In this document: one piece after another, positions 48,363 to 56,735 of the stretch
Layout: every line of letters begins with the position of its first letter
Position numbering within the stretch: the stretch's first letter is position 1
Origin: Treponema sp.
GTDB lineage: Bacteria; Spirochaetota; Spirochaetia; Treponematales; Breznakiellaceae
Length of the DNA: 64,000 nucleotides
Reading direction: 5' to 3'
Assembly: GCA_009777735.1 (NCBI GenBank)
Contig: WRLF01000015.1
Location: 1,135-65,134, forward strand
Program-made: the position numbers and the translations under genes
Notes under the pieces: generated by a model
Told to the model about the DNA's origin: nothing
What the model saw: only the letters and a program-made list of their open reading frames with translations
The model's database searches: none

Positions 48363-49253
48363 GTTCACACAGAGGCACGGAGATTGGGGTGGGGCATGGG
48401 AATGCTACGCTTGCTTCGTGCCTTTTTATATCCGTACATTTGACATATTTCTGGAATTTGGAGTATTATTAGTTTAAGGGGAAAAATCATAAATGAAGAA
48501 TTATTATGATGCTCTAAGTGAATTATACCATAATTATAATATGCTGGAAAATGGGATTGATATATTATTGCATGATAAGTGTTGTTTTTATGAAAACTGC
48601 TGGACCAAAGAAATGAAAATAAGTAAAGGAGTAGACTGGAATAAAATATCATTTCCACATATAGGAGAAAAATATAACAGAGGTTTAATGTGTATTGGAA
48701 TTAACATGCATGATCATGGGGGCATTAATGCAATTCCTCGTGTAGTCGAAAGTGTGAAAAAATTATTAATAAGCGGAAAGAAAAAATATAAAACATCTTT
48801 CTTATGGCATAGAATTGCTGTATATTCTAATATTATATTGAATAAAAAGATTTCTCCCGATGATGGTTATGAATTATCAGATGTGTACAATAATATTGCT
48901 TTTGTTAATGCTATCAAATGTTCTCCAATGAGTAAAAAAAATATTGGTAAAAATGACAGATCAACTCCAATGGATAACATGTGGAAATTTTGTCCAGAAA
49001 ATATTTTATATAAAGAAATTACTATTTTGCAACCAAAAATGATATTAATACTGGGAAATCAACTTTCAGAAATTTTAAGTAAAAAATGTATTGGAGAAAT
49101 TCAGCGATCAAAAAATATTGCATACTACGAGATAATGCTTGAAGGGAACCCGATAAAAATACTTAGAATAAAACATCCAGCATCCCCAGGGGGATGTAAA
49201 AAAGAAATTTACAAAGAATTGTTATCTTTGTGCCTCCGTGCCTCTGTGTGAAC
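48363..49253. mobile_element. Cassette bounded by perfect 20-bp inverted repeats carrying one AT-rich gene
   Basis: GTTCACACAGAGGCACGGAG (48363-48382) / CTCCGTGCCTCTGTGTGAAC (49234-49253); no transposase and no obvious TSD. Confidence 0.55.
48493..49251 (+). CDS. Uracil-DNA glycosylase superfamily-like protein
   Basis: PHIGEKY, LMCIGIN, IAFVNAIKC, EITILQPKMILILG, KHPAS; own TTGACA-18-TATTAT promoter. Confidence 0.6.
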   Translation: MKNYYDALSELYHNYNMLENGIDILLHDKCCFYENCWTKEMKISKGVDWNKISFPHIGEKYNRGLMCIGINMHDHGGINAIPRVVESVKKLLISGKKKYKTSFLWHRIAVYSNIILNKKISPDDGYELSDVYNNIAFVNAIKCSPMSKKNIGKNDRSTPMDNMWKFCPENILYKEITILQPKMILILGNQLSEILSKKCIGEIQRSKNIAYYEIMLEGNPIKILRIKHPASPGGCKKEIYKELLSLCLRASV

Positions 49254-49269
49254 AAAATCGAAAAACGTA

Positions 49270-49866
49270 TTAACCAGAAAAACCCTTCTCCAAAAACCCC
49301 ATCACAACATCCCTCGCCATCTCACTCTCCAGCATCCTGATAAAAATCTGATACGTAACAAGCGAATCATACATACTGCCATGCAGTTGGCTTTTAATAA
49401 ATTCTACCCCGTAAAACGTGGCTGTTTCTTCTAAAGATGGGAATTTTGGCCTTCCATTTTTTTGTTTCAAACACAGGATTTTTGTGTTTGCTTTCATGGT
49501 GCAAAATTCATGGGGAAGCTGGAAATTAATGTATTGCTTATCATAAAATATATTATGCCCGACAAAGTGCTGGGTGTCAGAGCAGAACAGTCGAAACGCT
49601 TCAATGTCATTGTAAAAATGCTTCGGGTATTCGGCATTCTCCCTTCGTTGGTGAATAACCTTGTCAGTCAGGCCGTTTACGTTTACTGCCTTTGCGCCAA
49701 ATTTTTCTCCGGGTTTGCGGAAATAAAAACGCTCATATCGGTCTGTAATGGCGCTAATTATTTTTTGTTGCTCAATCGAAAAAGAATACTTTATGGCAGA
49801 GATTGACAAAACGCTGTGATAATTTCTCAAGCCGTTAGTTTCAGTGTCCCAAAAAATGACATTCAT
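49270..49866 (-). CDS. DEDDh 3'-5' exonuclease (DnaQ-like)
   Basis: ExoI WDTETNG, ExoII GHNIFYD, ExoIII LHGSMYD; abuts the WYL gene stop. Confidence 0.85.
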   Translation of the reverse strand: MNVIFWDTETNGLRNYHSVLSISAIKYSFSIEQQKIISAITDRYERFYFRKPGEKFGAKAVNVNGLTDKVIHQRRENAEYPKHFYNDIEAFRLFCSDTQHFVGHNIFYDKQYINFQLPHEFCTMKANTKILCLKQKNGRPKFPSLEETATFYGVEFIKSQLHGSMYDSLVTYQIFIRMLESEMARDVVMGFLEKGFSG

Positions 49867-50865
49867 TTATTCTTTTACCTTCTCATACAATACATGAATG
49901 GTTTTCTTCCATTCCTTCACCAGTTCAGGCGGCTCAATAGGGCGGACTCCGCTGCCATACGACAGTACCCATGACAGGACTTTTTCGTATTGGGTGCTGG
50001 AAAAACTAATAATGATGCCTTGCCCGTCTTTATTCCGCTGGATTTTTTGGTCAGATGCCCATTGCCTGTCTTGTATGTCCTGCGCCAGCCAGGAAGAAAA
50101 ACTTATTTTATAACGCTTTTTGTTACCGATAAAAACGCCGAAATAACTGCCGTCATTTTTGGCGCAATAATCAAAGTCTTTTGGCAGGGTAAAACGCTCA
50201 TTGGTCAGCGCCGCTTTTTGAATGCGCGACAGTGAAAAAAGGCGCATGGCGGATCGTTCTTCCGCATAGGCGTAGAGATACCAGGCCCCGGTATCAAACA
50301 AAAGCTGGTAGGGTCGAACAAGCCTTGATTTATACGCATCATCATAGATGCCTTTGTACTCAAAACTGAGCAGCCTGTTTTCCTTCATTGCATCCACAAT
50401 AATTTCCCATACATCGGCATTAACCGGAGCGAAAGCGACCGGCGGGACGATGATACGGTTTTCATACCATGCCGCCTGTTTTACGCTTGCGGCCTCATCA
50501 GGAGAAAGCGGGGCGGTTATGTCATCCAACAGGCGCTTGGCGGACTCATAAAGCGGGGTATTTTTATACAGGGAAAGCAGGGATTTTGCCATGCCCAAAG
50601 CCAGCATATCGGCGGCGGAAGCAAAGCGGGCCGGTAGCCTGAAGGATTTTTCCTCATAGTACCAGCCCCGGTTTTTCGGGCAGTATTCAATCGGCGCACC
50701 CAGTATATCTCTCATGTACTCTATATCCCGGTAGATAGTGGCTGTCCCCACTTCATATTCCTTTGCCAAATATTTGCAATCAGGGTACTTTCCGGAGGCT
50801 ATTTGCCTGTCAATGAAATAAATCCGCGCTAAAACTGCCCTTGGCAGGGTTTTTCTGGTTTCCAT
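49867..50865 (-). CDS. wHTH-WYL-WCX transcriptional regulator
   Basis: HTH LAKEYEVGTATIYRDIEYMRD; RLVRPYQL...GAWYLYAY...MRLFSLSRI; C-terminal WVLSYG..V.PIEPPEL. Confidence 0.93.
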   Translation of the reverse strand: METRKTLPRAVLARIYFIDRQIASGKYPDCKYLAKEYEVGTATIYRDIEYMRDILGAPIEYCPKNRGWYYEEKSFRLPARFASAADMLALGMAKSLLSLYKNTPLYESAKRLLDDITAPLSPDEAASVKQAAWYENRIIVPPVAFAPVNADVWEIIVDAMKENRLLSFEYKGIYDDAYKSRLVRPYQLLFDTGAWYLYAYAEERSAMRLFSLSRIQKAALTNERFTLPKDFDYCAKNDGSYFGVFIGNKKRYKISFSSWLAQDIQDRQWASDQKIQRNKDGQGIIISFSSTQYEKVLSWVLSYGSGVRPIEPPELVKEWKKTIHVLYEKVKE

Positions 50866-50871
50866 GCTCTT

Positions 50872-50909
50872 ATTATGCCTCTATTGGTTAATCATAACAT
50901 GATGGAGCA
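50872..50909 (-). promoter_or_regulatory. Palindromic box 3 plus -10 element of the WYL gene (leaderless)
   Basis: Minus strand TG-CTCC-ATCAT-GTT-ATGAT-TAAC-CA, 7 nt, CATAAT, 6 nt, ATG. Confidence 0.75.
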
Positions 50910-50939
50910 GAAATTTAAAGGCACTTTTCTTAAAAATTT

Positions 50940-50977
50940 TGATACATCACTCTGTGATTATGCAAATGGTATATATT
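50940..50977 (+). promoter_or_regulatory. Palindromic box 4 plus -10 element
   Basis: TG-ATAC-ATCAC-TCT-GTGAT-TATG-CA, 7 nt, TATATT. Confidence 0.75.
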
Positions 50978-51004
50978 TTAGTTAATATAATTAAGGAGGA
51001 TGAT

Positions 51005-51583
51005 ATGAAATTAAAAGTTGAACAAATCACAGATTCTGAAAGAAAAACAAAAACGGTAATGGATTATTACGGTCCAAGTATTGATAATGACGAAATAAGC
51101 AATTCGGAAGTTTGGACATTAATAACTGAAGATACCGAAAATATAATTTATTTTTTAATGGTAATGAAAAAGAATCTATGGGATAATCCTCAAGATGATT
51201 CAATAAAAATAACCCATTTAAATGGTCATAGTTCCATTTTCGAAAAGGAATATTTTATGAAGTTTTATCTCTTTGTAGAAAGATATTATGTTAACAATGG
51301 ATTTGACAGTTTTAATGTAAGTATTCCAAAAATAAAAGGAACAACATATTTTAGAAAATTCTTTAAAAGAGCCGGTTTCTTTGAATGTAAAGAATTTAAA
51401 TATAATGTTGCTGAGGAAAAGAGTGAGGTAAAGACACTTTTTATGAAATCAAATTTTTTGGAAGATTGGTATGTGAAAGAAGACGGAAGCCTTTTCCCCA
51501 TCACAGTGACTGGGGAAAATGGGGAATACAAACCTATAAAGAAAAAAATTGCAAAAAAATTGAATCTGGATATCAATCTTTAA
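51005..51583 (+). CDS. Hypothetical protein (AT-rich)
   Basis: AAGGAGG SD before ATG 51005; no family recognised. Confidence 0.7.
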   Translation: MKLKVEQITDSERKTKTVMDYYGPSIDNDEISNSEVWTLITEDTENIIYFLMVMKKNLWDNPQDDSIKITHLNGHSSIFEKEYFMKFYLFVERYYVNNGFDSFNVSIPKIKGTTYFRKFFKRAGFFECKEFKYNVAEEKSEVKTLFMKSNFLEDWYVKEDGSLFPITVTGENGEYKPIKKKIAKKLNLDINL

Positions 51584-51602
51584 TGAAACGGATGTGTAAA
51601 AA

Positions 51603-52151
51603 ATGAATGATTATGAAATCCGCGAAGCATTTTGTAATAACATAGTTGATACCTATTCTGATAAGTTTAGAATTATTGACGAATTGGTAATTGGAAAAGC
51701 GCGGGCGGATATTGTCATAGTAACGGATTATTTAACAGGATATGAGATCAAAGGTGATACCGATTCTTACGTTCGTTTACCCGGGCAAATTAAAGAATAT
51801 GATAGTTATTTTCAACAGAATTATCTCGTAGTTGGTGAAAATCATATAAAGAGTTCGGAAAAGCATATTCCGCCTTATTGGGGAATTATCTATATTTCAA
51901 AATCAGTAAACAGTGTACAGATAGAAACTATACGCGAATCCAAACCAAGCCCCAAATTTAATCAGAAAAAACAACTTAGATTGCTTTGGCGTAAGGAATT
52001 AGCCAACATCTTGAAATGTAACCAGTTACAAAAATGCCATGGTAAAAATAAGGCATACATAGCCAAATATTTATTCGAGAATGTTCAACTTAATATTCTT
52101 CAAAAGCAGATATGCGAAGAATTATTTGAGCGTGATTGGACATTATTGTAA
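51603..52151 (+). CDS. sce7726-family protein (PD-(D/E)xK-like nuclease fold)
   Basis: IDEL.IG.ARADI......GYEIK...D...RL..Q...Y...F...YLV...WGI. Confidence 0.75.
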   Translation: MNDYEIREAFCNNIVDTYSDKFRIIDELVIGKARADIVIVTDYLTGYEIKGDTDSYVRLPGQIKEYDSYFQQNYLVVGENHIKSSEKHIPPYWGIIYISKSVNSVQIETIRESKPSPKFNQKKQLRLLWRKELANILKCNQLQKCHGKNKAYIAKYLFENVQLNILQKQICEELFERDWTLL

Positions 52152-52162
52152 AGGAAATATCT

Positions 52163-52924
52163 ATGAAAACCTGCATTGCTTCAAAATATGTGCAAAAATA
52201 CCAAAAAATAACAAAACGATTTACCCGATATAAATATGAAATAAAGAAAATTTTATTATATAAACACATCATTGACTATAGAACTAATAAGTTGGTGAAA
52301 AAATTAAAAAAAGAAGAATACAATAAAAAAAAATCTTTTGTTGATGCAGTAAGTGAGCTTAAGCCAATTGAATTCAGACTGCACCCAATTTTAATGTTTA
52401 ATGAAATTATTTTACCGGTATTTGAAAGTGAATATGACAAAAATAACCCACATTTTATTAAATTGATCGGTGATTATTGCAGTTCATTACCTGTTGATCC
52501 GCATTGGCGGCAAGAATTTTTTAAAAAACATAATATACCTGACAGTATATCCGTTGGCGGTATTGAATGTCAGATATATTTTTATGAAAAATCATACATC
52601 ATTGATAGAAATCAAGATACTTTAGATAAGCTGATGGATCGTTTAGCGATGGATATTTTAATTAACTGGCTTGAACTCCCGACATTAATAACTATGCGGC
52701 CTGCTCGTTTCATAGAGTTAGTAAAACCGTTTGAAGAAAGGCTGGAAATATGTAAAAAATTGTGTGCAATTTCCGATAACGATAAATGGGATAAACGGCT
52801 TGCAGATTGGGAATTGTTGATACAACAACTATACCAATACAGAGAATATGTCAAAGAAAACGGCAATGTTGATTTTAATGATTATTTGAAGGAAATGGGA
52901 ATTGAATTTATTGATTTATATTAG
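52163..52924 (+). CDS. Hypothetical protein (AT-rich)
   Basis: AAGGA SD before ATG 52163; long open frame. Confidence 0.65.
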   Translation: MKTCIASKYVQKYQKITKRFTRYKYEIKKILLYKHIIDYRTNKLVKKLKKEEYNKKKSFVDAVSELKPIEFRLHPILMFNEIILPVFESEYDKNNPHFIKLIGDYCSSLPVDPHWRQEFFKKHNIPDSISVGGIECQIYFYEKSYIIDRNQDTLDKLMDRLAMDILINWLELPTLITMRPARFIELVKPFEERLEICKKLCAISDNDKWDKRLADWELLIQQLYQYREYVKENGNVDFNDYLKEMGIEFIDLY

Positions 52925-52942
52925 ATGGCTTAGGAGCAAATT

Positions 52943-53104
52943 ATGGAAATTGATAGCAACTTAAAAGAAGAATTTATTGCCCTGTGTAAACCATTAATCG
53001 AATGGTTGCAAACAAATTGTCATCCTCACGTTAGGGTTATTATTGAAAAAGATCGTGCATTTATGGTCGAAGATATTTTGTCAACTTCATTTGAGGAAGA
53101 GTAA
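52943..53104 (+). CDS. 53-aa protein MEIDSNLKEEFIALCKPLIEWLQTNCHPHVRVIIEKDRAFMVEDILSTSFEEE (below ORF-track cutoff)
   Basis: AGGAG SD; KPLIEWL..NCHPHV.VII motif resembles a small phage-associated family. Confidence 0.6.
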   Translation: MEIDSNLKEEFIALCKPLIEWLQTNCHPHVRVIIEKDRAFMVEDILSTSFEEE

Positions 53105-53233
53105 ATTTTGCAATATCGGAGCGAATGGAGACCGAGTAAGTGCTGACCGGCACAGTGAATATGACAGAAGCACAATATTATCAAATCAATCTTGGTTTGA
53201 TATACAAAAGAGAGCCGGTCTGTGGCTGCATAG

Positions 53234-53309
53234 GTGAGTTCCCCCATATGTTTTGCCACCCCGCTGCCCCACCTGCTGGCGGTTTTGCGTGAGTTCTCCC
53301 ATATGTTTT
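53234..53309. repeat. Two 21-nt direct repeats, 55-nt period
   Basis: GTGAGTTCCCCCATATGTTTT (53234) and GTGAGTTCTCCCATATGTTTT (53289). Confidence 0.7.
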
Positions 53310-53377
53310 TCAGCCAGTCCGGCCTCCCTCTGACGGTTTATTACCAGCCCGACAAATTTGGGGGTTGCAAGAGCTAC

Positions 53378-53460
53378 TTGACAAAAAAACATAAAATTAC
53401 TACAGTGAACAAGTAAACAGCAAAGGCGCTGTGGGCTTCTGTCCGCAGCGTCTTTTTTTT
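53378..53460 (+). promoter_or_regulatory. Promoter plus ANTAR-type hairpin overlapping an intrinsic terminator in the GSIII leader
   Basis: TTGACA-17-TACAGT; ACAGC-AAAGGC-GCTGT hexaloop; 15-bp terminator stem AAAGGCGCTGTGGGC/GTCCGCAGCGTCTTT plus T-tract. Confidence 0.8.
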
Positions 53461-53476
53461 GTGAGAGGAGTATTAT

Positions 53477-55570
53477 ATGAGCAAGATTACAGAATTATTC
53501 GGAGCAATGGTCTTTAATGACACGGTAATGCAGGCGCGGCTTCCCCGGGACATATACAAGGCACTGAAAAAGACCATGTCCCAGGGGACACATCTGGAAT
53601 TGGATATTGCCAATGTTGTCGCCAACGCCATGAAGGACTGGGCAGTTGAAAAAGGCGCGACCCATTTTACACACTGGTTCCATCCCATGACCGGCAGCAC
53701 GGCGGAAAAACATGACAGCTTTATTTCGCCTAAAGGCAACGGGCAAATCATCATGGAGTTTTCGGGGAAAGAACTTGTCCGGGGGGAGCCTGATGCATCC
53801 AGCTTCCCATCAGGCGGCCTGCGCACCACATTTGAGGCAAGGGGGTATACGGTGTGGGATACCACTTCCTACGCCTTTATCAAAGATGATACATTGTGCA
53901 TCCCTACCGCATTTTGTTCTTACAGCGGCGAGGCGCTTGATAAAAAAACGCCGCTGCTGCGCTCCATGGAAGCGCTGAATAAACAAGCCATGCGCATACT
54001 GAAACTCTTCGGCAATACGAGCGCCCGGCGTGTCGTTTCACAGATTGGTCCTGAACAGGAGTATTTTCTCATTGATAAAGAGATGTTCTTAAAACGCCTG
54101 GATTTAGTGTGTACCGGAAGAACCTTGCTCGGCGCCCGCCCACCAAAAGGACAGGAGCTTGAGGATCACTATTTTGGCTGTATTAAACCTCGCGTTTCCG
54201 CCTTTATGAAAGAATTGGACGAGGAACTTTGGAAGCTCGGTGTTTGCGCAAAGACAAAACACAACGAAGTCGCCCCGGCACAACATGAATTGGCGCCCAT
54301 TTACGGGACGGCAAATATTGCCACCGACCACAATCAGCTTACAATGGAAATAATGAAAAGCGTTGCAGACAAACATGGCCTGGCATGCATGCTCCATGAA
54401 AAACCGTTTGCCGGTGTAAACGGCAGCGGCAAACATAATAACTGGTCCATCACTACCGATACGGGGGTTAATCTGCTTAACCCGGGCCATACGCCCCATG
54501 AAGATGCACAGTTTCTGCTGTTCCTTGTCGCAGTTATCAAGGCTGTTGATGAATATCAGGATCTTATCAGGGTTTCAGCGGCAAGCGCCGGGAACGACCA
54601 CCGGCTGGGCGCTAACGAAGCGCCGCCGGCAATTGTGTCTATGTTTCTGGGTGATGAATTAACGGGAATACTGGAAGCCATTGAAACGGGATCGGATTAT
54701 CTCAACAAGGAAGAACACCAAATGCAGATCGGTGTGACAGCGCTGCCTCATTTTCCAAAAGACACAACAGACCGCAACCGCACTTCTCCTTTTGCGTTTA
54801 CCGGCAATAAGTTCGAGTTCCGTATGCTTGGCTCAATGTTTTCAACCGCAGATCCCAACATTATTTTGAATACGAGTGTTGCGGAAATTTTACGGCAATT
54901 TGCCGATGAACTGGAAAAGGCACAGGATTTCAAGAGTGATTTGGCATCACTTATTAAAAAAACATTCCATGAACATAAAAGAATTATTTTCAACGGCAAC
55001 AACTATTCCGGCGAATGGGTAATTGAAGCGAAGAAACGGGGTTTATCAAACCTGCAAACTACCGTTGATGCGCTCCCTGAGTTTATTTCACCAAAAAGTG
55101 TTGCATTATTTTCACAACATCAGGTTTTTACCGGTTCAGAGGTCCATTCGCGCTATGAGATCCTCCTGGAAGCTTATTGCAAAACAATCCATATCGAAGC
55201 GGACACAATGGCGGACATCGTGAAAGGCAGTGTCATTCCCGCCTGTATCGGTTATCAAAACGAGCTGGCAAAACTGTTAGCAAAGAAAAAAGCATGCGGC
55301 AGCGAATACGACACTTCGCTTGAGGGTTATTTACTCAGCAGAATATCCGCATTGGCATCGTCTCTGCTAAAAAAACTAACCGTTCTTGAAAATGCGCTTC
55401 TTGAATCCAGGGATAAAACAGAGACACTTGCCCATGCAAGGTTTTACCGTGACAGGGTATTTGCCGCCATGTCAGAACTGCGTTTCGTTGCCGATGAGCT
55501 TGAAACGCTTGTTGGGAACGAACACTGGCCGCTTCCGACTTATGCACAGATGTTGTACAGCGTTGTGTAA
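53477..55570 (+). CDS. glnA: Glutamine synthetase type III
   Basis: [69 protein letters not shown]. Confidence 0.95.
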   Translation: MSKITELFGAMVFNDTVMQARLPRDIYKALKKTMSQGTHLELDIANVVANAMKDWAVEKGATHFTHWFHPMTGSTAEKHDSFISPKGNGQIIMEFSGKELVRGEPDASSFPSGGLRTTFEARGYTVWDTTSYAFIKDDTLCIPTAFCSYSGEALDKKTPLLRSMEALNKQAMRILKLFGNTSARRVVSQIGPEQEYFLIDKEMFLKRLDLVCTGRTLLGARPPKGQELEDHYFGCIKPRVSAFMKELDEELWKLGVCAKTKHNEVAPAQHELAPIYGTANIATDHNQLTMEIMKSVADKHGLACMLHEKPFAGVNGSGKHNNWSITTDTGVNLLNPGHTPHEDAQFLLFLVAVIKAVDEYQDLIRVSAASAGNDHRLGANEAPPAIVSMFLGDELTGILEAIETGSDYLNKEEHQMQIGVTALPHFPKDTTDRNRTSPFAFTGNKFEFRMLGSMFSTADPNIILNTSVAEILRQFADELEKAQDFKSDLASLIKKTFHEHKRIIFNGNNYSGEWVIEAKKRGLSNLQTTVDALPEFISPKSVALFSQHQVFTGSEVHSRYEILLEAYCKTIHIEADTMADIVKGSVIPACIGYQNELAKLLAKKKACGSEYDTSLEGYLLSRISALASSLLKKLTVLENALLESRDKTETLAHARFYRDRVFAAMSELRFVADELETLVGNEHWPLPTYAQMLYSVV

Positions 55571-55582
55571 TCCCGCAATTAA

Positions 55583-56647
55583 TTATCTTGAAAGCAGCTT
55601 GTGCAGTTTTTCTCCCAGGACTCGCGCTTCTTCTGCTGTAGCGGCAGAAGTTTCGATGATAAGGCCCTTTCTGCCAAAGGTATCCATTATTTTCCTGGCA
55701 TAGTCCGCCAGATCAACAGAGGCATCCTGGGGGTGATCCCAGTAACGCTGGCGCAGGCACAATGTTATTTTCCCGGCAGCAGCATCCCGCAGGGCATTCC
55801 AGTTCATCACCTGGGGGGCGGTAAAGTCGAGGCCCTTAAGCCCTTCTATTTCCATCATTGCGGGAACCACGTGTTGAATATCACCGCAGGAATGAACCAC
55901 AATGCCGCCGAATTCCCCGGAAATCATATTATTGTACTTTACCCCGAATTCCCGGTACATATCGGGAGACAGCAAGGCCGCAGTGTCATCACTCACCCGT
56001 ACCCCGGCTGAACGGGGAATGAAATATATTGATTCATGTCCCACGCTGTACAAATTGGTAATCCGTTTAAATTGTTCACGAATGAACAGGATCGTTGCCT
56101 GGGTAACTTTATCAAGAAGGGCATGCACCTCATCCGGGTAAGTCAGGATTCCTTCAATGAATGAAGTATAATCCCATATCATTGAAGCTGTTACCAAAGG
56201 GGAGGGCACATTCACCATTCGCAGTGGCATGGACGATAGGTTCTGCAGTGCATCAATGCGCTTCCATACTCTCCTGAAAATCTCATTTGTTTCCACATCG
56301 GGGATTTCGAGTGTATACACATCTTCGACGTTTTCTTCCTTGATTAATGGAGTGATCCAGGGATCGGCTTCATCATTTACCGTAAATTTGCAGCCAAATG
56401 CCGCAGCTACAATGCCTATTCCCTGATTTGGTTTAATGTTGGGGAGCCCGTAATCATAGACCCCTTCGCGGTTCCGGTTTTGCTCTTCGCTCCATGTTAC
56501 TTCAGCAGCGGGATCGTCAAAAAATGCTGTCGTAGCCCCGTGGAAAGGCCCTGTTTCAATGACGAAAGGGACTTCTCGCGTCTCTTCGAGGCGCCAAACA
56601 GCTTCCAGCGTTTCTTTTTTTTCCATATCAGTTAATATTGCTGCCAT
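55583..56647 (-). CDS. Uroporphyrinogen decarboxylase/MtaA-CmuA methyltransferase family protein
   Basis: SDD.AALLSPDMYREF, VVHSCGD motif, PDEVHALLDKVT. Confidence 0.7.
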   Translation of the reverse strand: MAAILTDMEKKETLEAVWRLEETREVPFVIETGPFHGATTAFFDDPAAEVTWSEEQNRNREGVYDYGLPNIKPNQGIGIVAAAFGCKFTVNDEADPWITPLIKEENVEDVYTLEIPDVETNEIFRRVWKRIDALQNLSSMPLRMVNVPSPLVTASMIWDYTSFIEGILTYPDEVHALLDKVTQATILFIREQFKRITNLYSVGHESIYFIPRSAGVRVSDDTAALLSPDMYREFGVKYNNMISGEFGGIVVHSCGDIQHVVPAMMEIEGLKGLDFTAPQVMNWNALRDAAAGKITLCLRQRYWDHPQDASVDLADYARKIMDTFGRKGLIIETSAATAEEARVLGEKLHKLLSR

Positions 56648-56735
56648 AATCTCTCCTTATGTATTAATGATACTACTATAGTTTCTTCCCATTCAATGGG
56701 TTTTTGTGATATTGTATGAAATATTGGAGAATCTA

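Noticed and set aside
48365-48658. Minus-strand 97-aa ORF ending LRASV
   Set aside because: The shared ending comes from the inverted repeat; it overlaps the real plus-strand gene and its promoter.
53234-53309. Possible mini-CRISPR array
   Set aside because: Only two 21-nt repeats, no cas genes and no leader; kept only as a repeat.
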